Shown here piece after piece: positions 63,935-64,000 of a stretch of 64,000 nucleotides of DNA. Source of the stretch: Schmidtea polychroa (Eukaryota); the NCBI GenBank assembly GCA_044892525.1, contig CM097885.1, positions 6,140,001 through 6,204,000 on the forward strand. The letters are read 5' to 3'. The notes beneath the pieces were generated by a model. It did not search any database. It was not told where the DNA came from and was given only the letters and a program-made list of their open reading frames with translations. The position numbers and the translations under genes are program-made. The number at the start of each line of letters is the position of its first letter. Position 1 is the first letter of the stretch.

Positions 63935-64000
63935 TTTACAAGGTTTTTAAAAAAATAAATATATAAAAATAAATAAATACTAACATCGTGATTCCATGTC

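Larger units (their letters stand above)
56972..64000. mobile_element. Polinton/Maverick-type element, left part (right end not in the window)
   Basis: Begins AGTAGTATGATG, followed by a duplicated 16-mer, a C-run and AAGGTCA arrays as in the 21600 element. Contains an intact pPolB. Predicted TSD TCAATG (56966-56971). Confidence 0.8.

Overview
AT-rich, repeat-dense animal genomic DNA with short (about 40-50 nt) GT-AG introns. The lineage is not identifiable with certainty; an invertebrate such as a flatworm is plausible. Host genes: DDX51-like DEAD-box helicase (5' partial), a divergent single-ORF NXF1/TAP-like export factor, a two-LIM cysteine-rich protein (CRP/MLP), mitochondrial ribosomal protein S6, and U11/U12 snRNP 35K. 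Between them lie a decayed Ty3/Gypsy element joined to a PDZ-domain fragment, solo LTRs with 4-bp TSDs, many hAT, Tc1-like, Merlin and piggyBac MITEs or remnants, a 28S rRNA fragment, satellites and microsatellites. The main feature is a cluster of three Polinton/Maverick-type elements with AGTAG termini and TCAAGGTCA-rich ends. (1) A bounded 6.45-kb element (6-bp TSD GCCGAA) whose only Polinton gene is a decayed protein-primed PolB. It contains a near-perfect internal fold-back duplication whose loop holds an intact 3-exon gene, missed by the ORF track, for a secreted peptide precursor ending KKK-CPRKLCG-stop. (2) A 2-kb non-coding derivative. (3) The left part of an element with an intact pPolB, with an array of covarying hairpin repeats upstream of the gene. 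All calls come from manual reading; no searches were run.
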